From the IMG/VR virus record IMGVR_UViG_3300028388_003025, positions 1 to 64,000 of that record: a DNA stretch of 64,000 bases. One strand, written 5' to 3'. Both the position numbers and the translations under genes were made by a program. This document shows positions 1 through 9,408 of the stretch, one piece after another. Position 1 is the first letter of the stretch. Each line of letters starts with the position of its first letter. The notes beneath the pieces were generated by a model that saw only the letters and a program-made list of their open reading frames with translations, was not told the origin of the DNA and made no database searches. The stretch comes from a virus.

Positions 1-255
1 GTAATTACTTGCGTCATTGTTTAGTGAATAATATAGTTCTTCTTTTGCTTTGTAATATGTTTTGCAATCAACTGCGCCTCCAAACATAAATGCCCCGAAG
101 CTCCTCTCGTGTTCTTCATTCCTGAGATCACTTAGTCCAAATTCTATTTTGTCTAAGTCTTTATCACTCATTGATGTGTTTGGTGAGCGAGTAGTAACGC
201 CCTTTAGTTTGCATTGTATTTTAAATCTGCATTCCAAACAAAGATTATCACTCAT
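1..255 (-). CDS. Hypothetical protein with Cx2Cx5C motif (partial, runs off window start)
   Basis: Manual translation from ATG at 255: MSDNLCLECRFKIQCKLKG..., open to base 1; start overlaps the end of 248..568; not in ORF track. Confidence 0.75.
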   Translation of the reverse strand, partial: MSDNLCLECRFKIQCKLKGVTTRSPNTSMSDKDLDKIEFGLSDLRNEEHERSFGAFMFGGAVDCKTYYKAKEELYYSLNNDASNY

Positions 256-568
256 TTTGCTTTCCTTTTTTTGTTTCAAAATAATTATTTGCAAAATACA
301 TTACATATTGTGGTACGCCATTCTTCTTTGGCAGCCTAGAATGTCTTAATAGCTTTCTAAACTTCCATATAGTACACCAGAACGTTCTCTTGTATTCACC
401 ACCTGGATATTCTGCTATCTGCAGAATAGGACCAAGCTTGGCCTCAACCATGTACCAGAAAGAATACATCTCATGGAAAGAATCGCCTTCTTTAAGATTA
501 AATAGCCCAACTCTTTTGTGAGTTTCTTTTGAAAACTTATCAGTAACATTTGGTATATTAAGGCCCAT
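248..568 (-). CDS. Hypothetical phage protein
   Basis: ORF track; AAGGAG RBS upstream. Confidence 0.7.
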   Translation of the reverse strand: MGLNIPNVTDKFSKETHKRVGLFNLKEGDSFHEMYSFWYMVEAKLGPILQIAEYPGGEYKRTFWCTIWKFRKLLRHSRLPKKNGVPQYVMYFANNYFETKKGKQNE

Positions 569-579
569 GAGTTACTCCT

Positions 580-1638
580 TTATAATTCGTAGTTAATTTT
601 CTCTGGTACTTTACCTTCGCCTTTGATGTACGGCTCTATGAAAATCCACTTATGATCACTCGATGTTCGCTTGCCAACCTTCTGAAATCTTAAGTGACCA
701 CGCACAGCAAAGGTCTTGTCATTAAACCTAGTGAATGAATGATCTTTGCCTATGTATTTGGTAAGTGAGGTTGGTGTCTTTACATTTCTGCCTAATACAT
801 ACTTCTCTAGTATGTCTTTATGCTTATTTTTACGTGCATATTTCTTTGATTCGTATAATTTTCTTACATCACCACGCTTTTCTATGCGTTCAATGTCTTT
901 ATTGACTGATGTTGCATACATCATGGTTGATATTACATAAGAGAATATCTCTGCACTTTGCGATTCATTCTTTGCGTTTCGTATGTCATCATCATGACCT
1001 TCTGTTAGCTTTGATATGTAATTGAAAGATGAAATAGCATCTTCAACAGTAGTGTCTGCGTGCTTAAATTTAAATGTGAAGAAATAGAAATTAGCGTTTC
1101 CATATTCTTCTGCATTCTTTGGTTGTGATGCAACCATTCCTCTGATCTCCATATAGTGTTTACTAATTGTGGCAGCTGCTGGATCAACCGCTTCATCATA
1201 TGTTGTTACTGCTTCATAGTCTATTGTGTCTATGTCTCTATCTATATGTATATATACTCCTGAAGCTACCTGATCCTCACCATTAAAGTTAACTATAATA
1301 GTATTGTCTATAGGAAATTCTAAAAAGAAATTCTTATGAGGGTACATAATATCTTTAGCTTTCAACTTGCCTGGCCTAGACAATCTTAACATATCATGAA
1401 TGGCTGGTGATATTTTGTATGTTCGTCCCCCTGACATGTACATATTATATGCATGAAATGGGAGGATGCTGTATACAGATAGTTGTTCTATGCCTAGTCT
1501 TAAAGTGGCGGCCTCCCCAGATACAGCTCTGAAGCATTCCTCGTAGGTAATTCGACTTTTACCCTTAAAGTTCTCAAGGAATGAAGCCATTAGCTCCGCC
1601 CTAAGCATATAACCTATTGTATATTCATAGTGATTCAT
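580..1638 (-). CDS. Conserved phage hypothetical protein with C-terminal VRGHxRxQxxG...WIxxxPxxKG motif
   Basis: 352-aa ORF ending AVRGHLRFQKVGKRTSSDHKWIFIEPYIKG. Confidence 0.75.
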   Translation of the reverse strand: MNHYEYTIGYMLRAELMASFLENFKGKSRITYEECFRAVSGEAATLRLGIEQLSVYSILPFHAYNMYMSGGRTYKISPAIHDMLRLSRPGKLKAKDIMYPHKNFFLEFPIDNTIIVNFNGEDQVASGVYIHIDRDIDTIDYEAVTTYDEAVDPAAATISKHYMEIRGMVASQPKNAEEYGNANFYFFTFKFKHADTTVEDAISSFNYISKLTEGHDDDIRNAKNESQSAEIFSYVISTMMYATSVNKDIERIEKRGDVRKLYESKKYARKNKHKDILEKYVLGRNVKTPTSLTKYIGKDHSFTRFNDKTFAVRGHLRFQKVGKRTSSDHKWIFIEPYIKGEGKVPEKINYEL

Positions 1639-1871
1639 TTTAAAAACCTCACATTAGTGATGTGTGTGCGAGCAGCAGTGTAATTTTTATAGTTGCGCCA
1701 CTCTTTATTGCAATTGTATACAATGAAAGCGTATTCGTCAGACTGAACCGTCTTGATACGGCCTAGCTCTTCTCTGCCACCACCATCGTTTTGATAGATG
1801 ACATACCTGCCCTCATCACTTTTCTTAAACGCTGTCGAGTTCGTATTTACAATTTTCAATTGCCTCCTCAA
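1635..1871 (-). CDS. Hypothetical protein
   Basis: ORF track; tightly packed operon; true start may be TTG ~1859 after GAGGAGG. Confidence 0.6.
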   Translation of the reverse strand: MRRQLKIVNTNSTAFKKSDEGRYVIYQNDGGGREELGRIKTVQSDEYAFIVYNCNKEWRNYKNYTAARTHITNVRFLK

Positions 1872-2082
1872 GCTCTTTTATCCTGTCGTTTTGTTTAACA
1901 ACCTTAGGATCTTGTGTGTCATCAGGAGAAAGTGCTTTTGTACATAGGTATTCCTCAAGCCAGTAGGTATATTCTTCTAGTGATAAGATGCCACTGTCAT
2001 ATTGTAATGCAACTGTCTTTAATGCTGGGTGATAGCTTGCGACTGGGCGAACGCCAGTCTTTTGGTATACTGTAGAGCTCAT
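1825..2082 (-). CDS. Hypothetical protein
   Basis: ORF track; AGGAGG RBS upstream. Confidence 0.65.
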   Translation of the reverse strand: MSSTVYQKTGVRPVASYHPALKTVALQYDSGILSLEEYTYWLEEYLCTKALSPDDTQDPKVVKQNDRIKELEEAIENCKYELDSV

Positions 2083-2097
2083 ACTGTCCTCCTATAT

Positions 2098-2127
2098 AAA
2101 CAAAATGCAGAGACTCTGCCCTGCATT
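2098..2127 (-). terminator. Possible intrinsic terminator
   Basis: AATGCAG/CTGCATT stem (2104-2127) followed on minus strand by TTGTTT. Confidence 0.4.
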
Positions 2128-2150
2128 ATAGTTTTAGTATGTGTTGCTTC

Positions 2151-2315
2151 TTATTTCTTTGTCAAGTCTGTGCACATTGCTTTCTGTAATGAGTACGTTT
2201 TCCTGTCTTTAAACTCTCTACGCTTGCCTATGTTAAAATTAACTACGGGCCTAAAATACCCCACTATTCTGGAATAAACCTCGGTTGTTCTGTTACATTT
2301 AGTTGCTTCTGTCAT
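2151..2315 (-). CDS. Stand-alone NrdD (class III RNR) C-terminal glycyl-radical-domain protein, 54 aa
   Basis: Manual translation MTEATKCNRTTEVYSRIVGYFRPVVNFNIGKRREFKDRKTY...; matches NrdD YSRIxGYxRPVxxxNxGKxxExxDR motif; AAGGAG RBS. Confidence 0.85.
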   Translation of the reverse strand: MTEATKCNRTTEVYSRIVGYFRPVVNFNIGKRREFKDRKTYSLQKAMCTDLTKK

Positions 2316-2399
2316 TGTTTCATCTCCTTTTCTTTATTGTTTCAAAACGAAAGATTATAATATCAAATTTGATATGCTGATGAAATGATATAAGTCAAA

Positions 2400-2567
2400 T
2401 TAGGTAGATTTATTTTGATCTTCTAGCTTTTTTATCTTGTCTTGTACCCAAGCAAGTGCCGCTAGCTCACCATCTCTGACAGTGCAGGCATGCACATCGC
2501 CACCAAGGTCTTGGTCGTTAAGGTCGTACATATATTTATCTACATATCTCTTTAATGTGTCTAACAT
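2400..2567 (-). CDS. Small hypothetical protein (55 aa)
   Basis: Manual translation MLDTLKRYVDKYMYDL...; AAGGGGG RBS. Confidence 0.55.
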   Translation of the reverse strand: MLDTLKRYVDKYMYDLNDQDLGGDVHACTVRDGELAALAWVQDKIKKLEDQNKST

Positions 2568-2580
2568 ATTGTCCCCCTTA

Positions 2581-2928
2581 TTAAATCACGAACTTTGGCG
2601 CCTGACTAGGAACTAGTTCTTCCTTTGCTATGATCTTTACAGGCTCATCGCCCTTGCGACCCATGGTTGCAACTTTTAATTGCCTTTGGTCAAGCTCTTC
2701 CTTGGTAAGTGCGACATAAAACCCTGGACATTGTGTTGCTGACTTAACATATAAACTTTTAATGTCAGTAAGCTCGTCTTTAAATCTTTTTATCTCCATG
2801 TTTGAGTAAATGCTACCATGTTCGGCGATCTCTTCCCTAGAAATCTCTTTATATCCGTCCATGTTGTCCTTGATTCCAAGTTCAATGGCTTTATCTACGT
2901 CCATTCCGATTATCATATTATTCCACAT
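2581..2928 (-). CDS. Hypothetical protein
   Basis: ORF track; operon packing. Confidence 0.65.
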   Translation of the reverse strand: MWNNMIIGMDVDKAIELGIKDNMDGYKEISREEIAEHGSIYSNMEIKRFKDELTDIKSLYVKSATQCPGFYVALTKEELDQRQLKVATMGRKGDEPVKIIAKEELVPSQAPKFVI

Positions 2929-3274
2929 CCTTGCTTTTTAGAGTTAGTATTAAGGCTAATTTTATCATGCATTTTGCTTTGTATACATCTAAAAGTATCT
3001 CATTAACTATAACATTTAATATAAATACAAACGATAAAGCTGCGTGCATGTATTCCTTGATTGATATATAAAATAATAAAGAGAGTGAGAACAGAATCAT
3101 AAAGCTCCAGAACATTATTGAATCTTTGCTTATATATGAGCGCTTAAACTTCGTGTCGTGTTTGTCAAAGACAAATTCGTCTCTTGTTTCTGAATAGAAT
3201 AGAGACCCTTCTGATTCTTCGTACAGCTTTATGTATATATCCTTAGTTCCGTTCTTCATTTTATATTTTTTCAT
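2918..3274 (-). CDS. Hypothetical membrane protein
   Basis: Two hydrophobic segments; GGGAG RBS. Confidence 0.65.
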   Translation of the reverse strand: MKKYKMKNGTKDIYIKLYEESEGSLFYSETRDEFVFDKHDTKFKRSYISKDSIMFWSFMILFSLSLLFYISIKEYMHAALSFVFILNVIVNEILLDVYKAKCMIKLALILTLKSKDVE

Positions 3275-3285
3275 AATTAACTCCC

Positions 3286-3615
3286 TTATCTTATTGGATC
3301 AGAACAAATCTGAGCAGCTTTTTTGTAAGTGACTCTGATGTGTTGGTTTTCGTTCTTCCTGTATTGATTGGTTAGTATCCTTGTAAGGGTAATATCATGT
3401 ATAAACATTGCTCGTGCCGACTTCTTGCCTAAAGCTTTTAATGTGCATTCAAGCCAAAGATCGCACTCATTGCACACTTTTTCTTTACTTGCTAATGGCG
3501 TAATCAATGTAAAGAAGTCGTCAATAGCGAAGCTTGAGTTCTTTCGATCAACTTTATCCTTTATTAAGTACGGCAACTTCCTTTTTGTCATCAGCTTTAG
3601 CCTTTCTGTATTCAC
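3286..3615 (-). CDS. Hypothetical protein with Cx2Cx5C motif
   Basis: CNECDLWLEC. Confidence 0.65.
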   Translation of the reverse strand: MNTERLKLMTKRKLPYLIKDKVDRKNSSFAIDDFFTLITPLASKEKVCNECDLWLECTLKALGKKSARAMFIHDITLTRILTNQYRKNENQHIRVTYKKAAQICSDPIR

Positions 3616-4168
3616 ACTCGCCTATGAAGGCACGCTTTATGTTGTTAATCTTCTCTTCAAACAACTTTAATGTAGAATATGTTTCTTCAACTTCACTAAA
3701 GTCTATCTCTCCGTTTAGATAAACATCTTCACCCTCTGGTGCTGGTCCTTCATATATATTTGACTGAGAGTCAGTCATGTGCTCGTATCTATACTCATCT
3801 ATATCAAATCCCTTAATGGATTTTCCTTGATGGCTATATATTATAGCATGACCACCAGATCTGCCATTCAGGCCTATGTAATACCCGGTTTCTGTATGGA
3901 ATTCGTGTATCATGTCTCCAAGTGTATAGTCACAGAATGCATTGTCATCTATTATCTCGAATGCATAATCCATCAGGTCGTTAGGTACAAATTTATATAT
4001 CTTTACATTAATACTTGCAGTATTCATGTTGTTCCATGAGTTCATGATTGGATATGAGTCAAAGGATGTGATATATTCACACATCTCCTTGATTTTTTCA
4101 GTGCATTTGTCCTTGTCTTTGCTCTGCAATATGCAGGCTATTTTATGTACGCATTCTTTACATTCCAT
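3554..4168 (-). CDS. Hypothetical protein with N-terminal Cx2Cx5C motif
   Basis: CKECVHKIAC; GGGAGG RBS. Confidence 0.75.
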   Translation of the reverse strand: MECKECVHKIACILQSKDKDKCTEKIKEMCEYITSFDSYPIMNSWNNMNTASINVKIYKFVPNDLMDYAFEIIDDNAFCDYTLGDMIHEFHTETGYYIGLNGRSGGHAIIYSHQGKSIKGFDIDEYRYEHMTDSQSNIYEGPAPEGEDVYLNGEIDFSEVEETYSTLKLFEEKINNIKRAFIGECEYRKAKADDKKEVAVLNKG

Positions 4169-4200
4169 GCCTGCCTCCCTTTTGTTAAGCTAATCAAAGG

Positions 4201-4581
4201 CTATCCAGCTTTATTAAGCAAATGAGAATCTTGATATATGTTACCAATTACTTCTCTGTTTTGAACAAATATAATTTCTTCTTTAGCTTTCTCCCCAGTT
4301 GTTATATCAATACTGCCACACTCAATAACAAAACTGCCGTTAAGGAATCCGATCATTCTTTTTTGATTAAACTTGTCAACAACAACGTCGCCCTCAAAAA
4401 CCTCAACACCGTTCTTGTCTTCTAATCCTGTAAATAGTATTTCACCAATAACAATATAGATAGAGGGGGCAATATATCCTCCAGATTGTCTACGTAAACT
4501 TTTCAAAGTAATTGGCTCACTTAATATAAGTTCTCCTGTCTTTGTGTTTTTTAAAACATATTTAAACTTAATCTCTCTCAT
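4201..4581 (-). CDS. YopX family protein
   Basis: MREIKF..., TGLEDKNGVEVFEGDVV, EVIGNIYQ signature. Confidence 0.9.
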   Translation of the reverse strand: MREIKFKYVLKNTKTGELILSEPITLKSLRRQSGGYIAPSIYIVIGEILFTGLEDKNGVEVFEGDVVVDKFNQKRMIGFLNGSFVIECGSIDITTGEKAKEEIIFVQNREVIGNIYQDSHLLNKAG

Positions 4582-4886
4582 CTGCTGTCTTCCTTTTGTT
4601 TTTGTGCGAAAGCACCTTCAAGCACCATAGACAAGTAATCCATTTGATAAACAGGAGATTCAGTAACATAATGCTTGTTGTCATTTATATAAAGATACCC
4701 ATCTTTGGTTATTTTTATTTCTGAAAGAGGGTATAGCTCTCTAATTTGTTTGACTTGATAATCTACGGTTGCTTGACTTGCCTTTTTCGCCTCAAAAACA
4801 CCTAAGTTGTGTCTTCTCATAGAAATAAAAGTAACTGCTGTTATCATAATGTAAAAACCTACAACCCCAACTGCTATTGTGCTCAT
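4578..4886 (-). CDS. Hypothetical membrane-anchored protein
   Basis: N-terminal hydrophobic helix; ATGA overlap. Confidence 0.65.
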   Translation of the reverse strand: MSTIAVGVVGFYIMITAVTFISMRRHNLGVFEAKKASQATVDYQVKQIRELYPLSEIKITKDGYLYINDNKHYVTESPVYQMDYLSMVLEGAFAQKQKEDSR

Positions 4887-4963
4887 CTCCCTGCCTCGCT
4901 TTCTAAGTTTTTGCTATATTAATTACAGACCATGTTGTTATTATTGGTTGATGACGAATTTCC

Positions 4964-5446
4964 TTACTTAGATAGATCTAAATCTCTACCAGTTACTAAG
5001 AACTTAATAAACCATCTTCGTTTCTTCCTGTCTGATAAGTCAATTATCCATTCATAGCCATCTTCTGTAGATATGACTGCATTTGTATAATTGAAATCAA
5101 AATGCCCTTCATATCCTCTAAAGAATATGTAGCCAAGCTTATAGTTGTCACTGTGAGCAACAGTGTTGCGTATATTTTTTAGGCCTTGGCGCATGCCTTC
5201 TTTGTCTTTAACACTCATTGCTTTTTTATCATATATATCAAAGTTATATATGTTTCCAGTTTCATCTGCGATGTGGATTATTTTTCTGCCGTCTTTATAT
5301 GTAAGCGTATAGTTACAAAAGATTGATACAGTATATATATGCTCGTTAGGAGCAGCGTCATGTATCTTGCCCAAGAAAACGCTCTCTAAATTAGCGAATA
5401 CTAATGACATTAATATTAATAGTCCAATTATTATCTTCTTAATCAT
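4964..5446 (-). CDS. Hypothetical exported protein
   Basis: Signal-peptide-like N-terminus MIKKIIIGLLILMSLVFA. Confidence 0.7.
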   Translation of the reverse strand: MIKKIIIGLLILMSLVFANLESVFLGKIHDAAPNEHIYTVSIFCNYTLTYKDGRKIIHIADETGNIYNFDIYDKKAMSVKDKEGMRQGLKNIRNTVAHSDNYKLGYIFFRGYEGHFDFNYTNAVISTEDGYEWIIDLSDRKKRRWFIKFLVTGRDLDLSK

Positions 5447-5649
5447 TTTCCTTCTCCCTCTCTTTGATTGCTTCCAAGAATTCGTCGCTTAGAAAGCCTA
5501 AGATTACTGCTTCTAACATGTGTTCCCCCTGTCACTCCTATAATATAATTAAATGTTCATTGCTTAAGTCTTCGCATTCGCGTAAGAATGTCTTCGTTGC
5601 TATCAATATGCCTAAAATAAACCCTATTGCTAGTATTACCTTCTTCATT

Positions 5650-5889
5650 TTACTTCCCCCTGTCGTTTATATATACATATCCTCCATTGGCTGTGTGATT
5701 GTAGGTCTTGACATGCTGTGACTCCGCCCGGCGGATTGCCATCTCATGGTCAAGGTCGTGAAACAAATGTTTCATGGTGAATAATACAAACGCTGAAGCA
5801 ATTATTACTATAATGCTTATTATTATTGCTCTCATGTTACAACTCCTCAATAGCTTTATCTCTGATAAGAACTTTATCATAGATGCCAA
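5650..5889 (-). CDS. Small membrane protein
   Basis: Hydrophobic helix; probable start at internal ATG (MRAIII). Confidence 0.55.
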   Translation of the reverse strand: MASMIKFLSEIKLLRSCNMRAIIISIIVIIASAFVLFTMKHLFHDLDHEMAIRRAESQHVKTYNHTANGGYVYINDRGK

Positions 5890-6562
5890 TTTTATTATCT
5901 TTAATTACTATTTCTGAGAAATCTCCTTTTTCTTCTCCGTCTATGTCTAAATTCCCATTCATTATACCATCGTTAGGAATAATTATGTGCTGTCTAATGA
6001 AATATAGCCAGCTGCCTATCTCGATGGGCCCCATTTTGTTAAGTGAATAGTCCTGCATCTCTATATGTAGGTAATCATTGTTATTTACTATAATGAATGG
6101 CCAATATGCTTTAGGCGTATGATTATCAATGTATTCTGTATCAACAGATTCATTATATATTGCAGAGATCTTATGTTTAACGTCAGATAATGATGTGTCG
6201 TGAACTAAATTGTTCATCTGATAGGATAAACACTTTTGTTCTTGTGCTCTGTCACCATCCTTAGCTTTTATCATTAAACACTCTATTTTATTATCGCAAT
6301 GTTCACAGCCTAGCGCTATCTTTCTATTGAATAAGTTAAACTTCTTCATGAAAGGATGCTTAGCCTGTGTTGCTAAGTCTTCTTTAGATAGTACATGCTT
6401 AGTTGTCCTGTGTTCTGTTAGATATAACGTTGAGTTAGCATCAACTATCTGTAACAGGTCCCACATCTTTGGTAAGTTAGCCTTATCCTTGGCAGTGATT
6501 TCGAATTCGCCATGAAAATCAAAGTAATAACTCATTTCGACCACTCCGCTCTTAATCCGCAT
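5837..6562 (-). CDS. Hypothetical protein with Cx2Cx5C motif
   Basis: CEHCDNKIEC; probable start MSYYF. Confidence 0.75.
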   Translation of the reverse strand: MRIKSGVVEMSYYFDFHGEFEITAKDKANLPKMWDLLQIVDANSTLYLTEHRTTKHVLSKEDLATQAKHPFMKKFNLFNRKIALGCEHCDNKIECLMIKAKDGDRAQEQKCLSYQMNNLVHDTSLSDVKHKISAIYNESVDTEYIDNHTPKAYWPFIIVNNNDYLHIEMQDYSLNKMGPIEIGSWLYFIRQHIIIPNDGIMNGNLDIDGEEKGDFSEIVIKDNKIGIYDKVLIRDKAIEEL

Positions 6563-6792
6563 TGTATTCCATAGTGTGTGATAGCAATGAGTGCTGTTGC
6601 AAATGCTGCCTCGCTTATTGGCATGTTTGCAACAATCCTGAAGTATGCAAAGAGAAATGGTGAACCAACTATTAATATAACTTCTGCTATTATGGAGGAT
6701 AGGCCCCAGAAAATAATGCTAGCGATAATGAATAGCATTATAAATAAAGACTTAAATCCTAAGGTAATTACTTCTATGATCATGTCGTCCAC
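6532..6792 (-). CDS. Hypothetical membrane protein
   Basis: Largely hydrophobic; AAGGAG RBS. Confidence 0.65.
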   Translation of the reverse strand: MDDMIIEVITLGFKSLFIMLFIIASIIFWGLSSIIAEVILIVGSPFLFAYFRIVANMPISEAAFATALIAITHYGIQCGLRAEWSK

Positions 6793-7031
6793 TCCTTTAG
6801 TGCTCTGCCAGTTGTGCGATCGTAATCGTGCATCTTATACAGCTCTTCTTCAACTGACGTGTTGTTTTTCAAGCACTCTTTTACTGCTAATGACTCCGTA
6901 TATGTCATCGGAATGCCGTGACTTGGCCGGGGCTTGGGCTTTTCTTCTGGTTTGCTTGGCAGTAAGCCCTTCTTGTGCAGTCCTGTAAGAATATACATAA
7001 GCTCTTGTTTGTTTAGCAAGTTGTTCTCCAT
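6780..7031 (-). CDS. Hypothetical protein
   Basis: ORF track; AAGGAG RBS. Confidence 0.6.
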   Translation of the reverse strand: MENNLLNKQELMYILTGLHKKGLLPSKPEEKPKPRPSHGIPMTYTESLAVKECLKNNTSVEEELYKMHDYDRTTGRALKEWTT

Positions 7032-7380
7032 CTACTATACTCCTTAACTTTGAGGCTCTCTCTTTAGAGATTTCAAATTGATGGCATTGTATATAACAAA
7101 TGTTCTTCCATGCCGCCGTGTCATTTCTTCGCATGTACTGAAAGCTGAACATGTTTTTTGTTGTTGTATCATTTGACATTGATGCAGAAGCATAAACAAT
7201 TCGTATATTTCTGGCATCATTAAGAATGCATTCTAATTTTCTCTGACATAGCATACAAAAGTTATGACTATGTATGGACTGATGTATATCTAATCTTCCG
7301 AGATCTATTTGGGATCCGTCTTTATGGATTAGATACTGTATTGGTAAGTGATCGTTACAATTATACAAAGTTATTGACAT
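6850..7380 (-). CDS. Hypothetical protein with Cx2Cx5C motif
   Basis: CMLCQRKLEC; long 3' overlap with next gene. Confidence 0.6.
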   Translation of the reverse strand: MSITLYNCNDHLPIQYLIHKDGSQIDLGRLDIHQSIHSHNFCMLCQRKLECILNDARNIRIVYASASMSNDTTTKNMFSFQYMRRNDTAAWKNICYIQCHQFEISKERASKLRSIVDGEQLAKQTRAYVYSYRTAQEGLTAKQTRRKAQAPAKSRHSDDIYGVISSKRVLEKQHVS

Positions 7381-7383
7381 TGG

Positions 7384-7695
7384 TCACTCCTTATGCTCTC
7401 TTTCTTTCTGCTCTGCACATATCTCTCTTAATAATGTGACATGCATGTCGATAGTTTCTTTGTTATTTGTATGATAACTAAGTACAGATGTCTTGCCAAG
7501 ATGTTTCCTTAATGATTCTCTATTGACAGCAATTGGCTTGCCATTGAATAGATAGTCTGAAAGCAGGCATTCAAGCTTATTGTCGCATCCCTCACATATT
7601 TCTTTCGCAATATCTTCGTTTATTTCTGATATATACCTAGAAATTCTATTGTCTAGTTTGAATTGCAGCCACATGTAGACCTCCTGTATAGTCAC
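7384..7695 (-). CDS. Hypothetical protein with WhiB-like Cx2Cx5C motif
   Basis: [17 protein letters not shown]. Confidence 0.7.
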   Translation of the reverse strand: MTIQEVYMWLQFKLDNRISRYISEINEDIAKEICEGCDNKLECLLSDYLFNGKPIAVNRESLRKHLGKTSVLSYHTNNKETIDMHVTLLREICAEQKEREHKE

Positions 7696-8033
7696 CCTGT
7701 ATGAGCTTTCTCACGGCTTCTTGCCCTCAACATTTTCATATAGTGTTTATTGCACAATCCTTTTGCATGATGAACATTGTTACACCGAGGCACACCACAA
7801 ATATCATGCTTTCGATTTTTCTTTCCGTTTTGATGGATCTTTGCATGTTTTTGATGAGTTAGAACAATTAGATTTTCAATTCTATTGTCATCCCTTATTC
7901 CGTTAATGTGATGAATTGACTCGTGCTTACCTAATTTGCGACCTAGGTGCTTTTCCATAATTAAACGATGTTCATATTCCCACCGCCTAATTTTATTATT
8001 CCAAACTCTATTGTATCCTTTGTATTGTGGCAT
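7692..8033 (-). CDS. HNH endonuclease with C-terminal Cys/His zinc-binding segment
   Basis: EHRLIME...[16 protein letters not shown]...H; CGVPRC...GLCNKHY. Confidence 0.9.
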   Translation of the reverse strand: MPQYKGYNRVWNNKIRRWEYEHRLIMEKHLGRKLGKHESIHHINGIRDDNRIENLIVLTHQKHAKIHQNGKKNRKHDICGVPRCNNVHHAKGLCNKHYMKMLRARSREKAHTG

Positions 8034-8039
8034 ACAATG

Positions 8040-8068
8040 ATTATACGCTACACTATATCAAAAGTCAA
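8040..8068 (-). promoter_or_regulatory. Sigma70-type promoter, leaderless HNH transcript
   Basis: TTGACT-N17-TATAAT-N6-ATG. Confidence 0.75.
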
Positions 8069-8220
8069 TGCTATTCTGCCACCGGCAATATTATTATATT
8101 AAATATCATGATTACCCTGAATATTTTGTACTACTACATTGAGGACAAACTATTGTCCACATTTTAAGCACTTACAAGTCCTATATACTTCACTATCTTC
8201 TATGCCTACAAAATCTCCCA

Positions 8221-8433
8221 TTACTCTTGACCTCTCATGATCTCAAACCATTCCTTATCGATAGAGTCTAGGTTGTTTGCCTCAAATGTTTTGAGGATGT
8301 AATCCCAAACGCCCTTCTCGGCCTTGTTTATCTCAGTAACCATGGCCTCTGCGTAGCATTCGATGGAATCTTTTACGCCTGGGATAGGCTTGTTGGCGTC
8401 GAGTAATATCTTTATAGCTTGATGTATGTCCAT
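8221..8433 (-). CDS. Hypothetical protein
   Basis: ORF track; abutting neighbours. Confidence 0.6.
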   Translation of the reverse strand: MDIHQAIKILLDANKPIPGVKDSIECYAEAMVTEINKAEKGVWDYILKTFEANNLDSIDKEWFEIMRGQE

Positions 8434-8775
8434 TTATTCTTTCCCATCTTCAATGTCTTTAATTAAATCTGTTAAAGCTGAGACAGCTCGTTGTCCTGGC
8501 ACTAACTCTTCGAGTGGTGTGCCATCAGCATAATGTTTAATAGCTTTGTGTACTGCCTCATACGCTCTGTTATATACATCGGTATGCTTTGCGCCAGTTA
8601 ATCCAACCCTGTTAAGTGCAGTGTTAACGTTATACATGAATGGTTCGACTCTTTCGTCGCCTGACCACCATGACTTTGGTGGGTTAACTATTTCTTTGCT
8701 GTCCATTACGCGCTCCTTTTTTATTATCTCTCTATCTATTGTCGTAATCCTTATCCCATAAATTTGTGAAATCAA
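8434..8775 (-). CDS. Hypothetical protein
   Basis: ORF track; probable start MDSKEIV after AAGGAG. Confidence 0.65.
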   Translation of the reverse strand: MISQIYGIRITTIDREIIKKERVMDSKEIVNPPKSWWSGDERVEPFMYNVNTALNRVGLTGAKHTDVYNRAYEAVHKAIKHYADGTPLEELVPGQRAVSALTDLIKDIEDGKE

Positions 8776-9118
8776 AGTGCATGATGTCGCCCTTGCATAT
8801 GCCTAGACTCGCGCCGGACTGTACCATTATCTCTCGATAGCTTTTGCTACTACTAGTAGCTATTATGAATGCGGTTGTTATATATTTTGTATATTTAATT
8901 AGCACGTCAAGACCTGTGGACTTACCGCCAAGGTTACAGTCTAACAGTATCAGATCGTAAGTGTGATTTATAATTTGGTTGATTGTTTCTACATATGTTA
9001 AAGCTGTATCAATGTTCTTGAAGCCCTGTTGGGTGAGATACATCTCCAGTAACATATTAATAGGTCCATCATCCTCAACGATTAAAACTCTCTTGTCTGC
9101 AAGTATCTTTGTGTTCAT
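8732..9118 (-). CDS. Single-domain response regulator receiver (CheY-like)
   Basis: VLIVEDD, YDLILLD (phospho-Asp), GLDVL, IIATS, conserved Lys in GICK. Confidence 0.9.
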   Translation of the reverse strand: MNTKILADKRVLIVEDDGPINMLLEMYLTQQGFKNIDTALTYVETINQIINHTYDLILLDCNLGGKSTGLDVLIKYTKYITTAFIIATSSSKSYREIMVQSGASLGICKGDIMHFDFTNLWDKDYDNR

Positions 9119-9296
9119 GATTACGCCTCTCTCTTAGAATACGTTCCAATTTATACACTTCTCTAACAAAATGGATCGCCGTTTTGTTATCTTCTTCAGC
9201 AATAGCTGTATCTCTCCTTATTTTGGCATATTTTATGTATGATTTGATTACGTCTTCTCGGTTGACTGGATTATTTTCTTGGTAAGCTTTTTGCAT
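9075..9296 (-). CDS. Hypothetical protein
   Basis: ORF track. Confidence 0.55.
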   Translation of the reverse strand: MQKAYQENNPVNREDVIKSYIKYAKIRRDTAIAEEDNKTAIHFVREVYKLERILRERRNHEHKDTCRQESFNR

Positions 9297-9408
9297 ATTC
9301 TGTTTCCTTAGTGTATTTAGATAACAATCTTAGTCTATGTTTCTCGCACAGGCAATAGCCTAGCACTGTGATGACAGCTTTGTCCCCACATAAATAACAT
9401 GTTTCCAT
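9271..9408 (-). CDS. Small zinc-finger protein (45 aa)
   Basis: Manual translation METCYLCGDKAVITVLGYCLCEKH...; AAGGAG RBS. Confidence 0.65.
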   Translation of the reverse strand: METCYLCGDKAVITVLGYCLCEKHRLRLLSKYTKETEYAKSLPRK

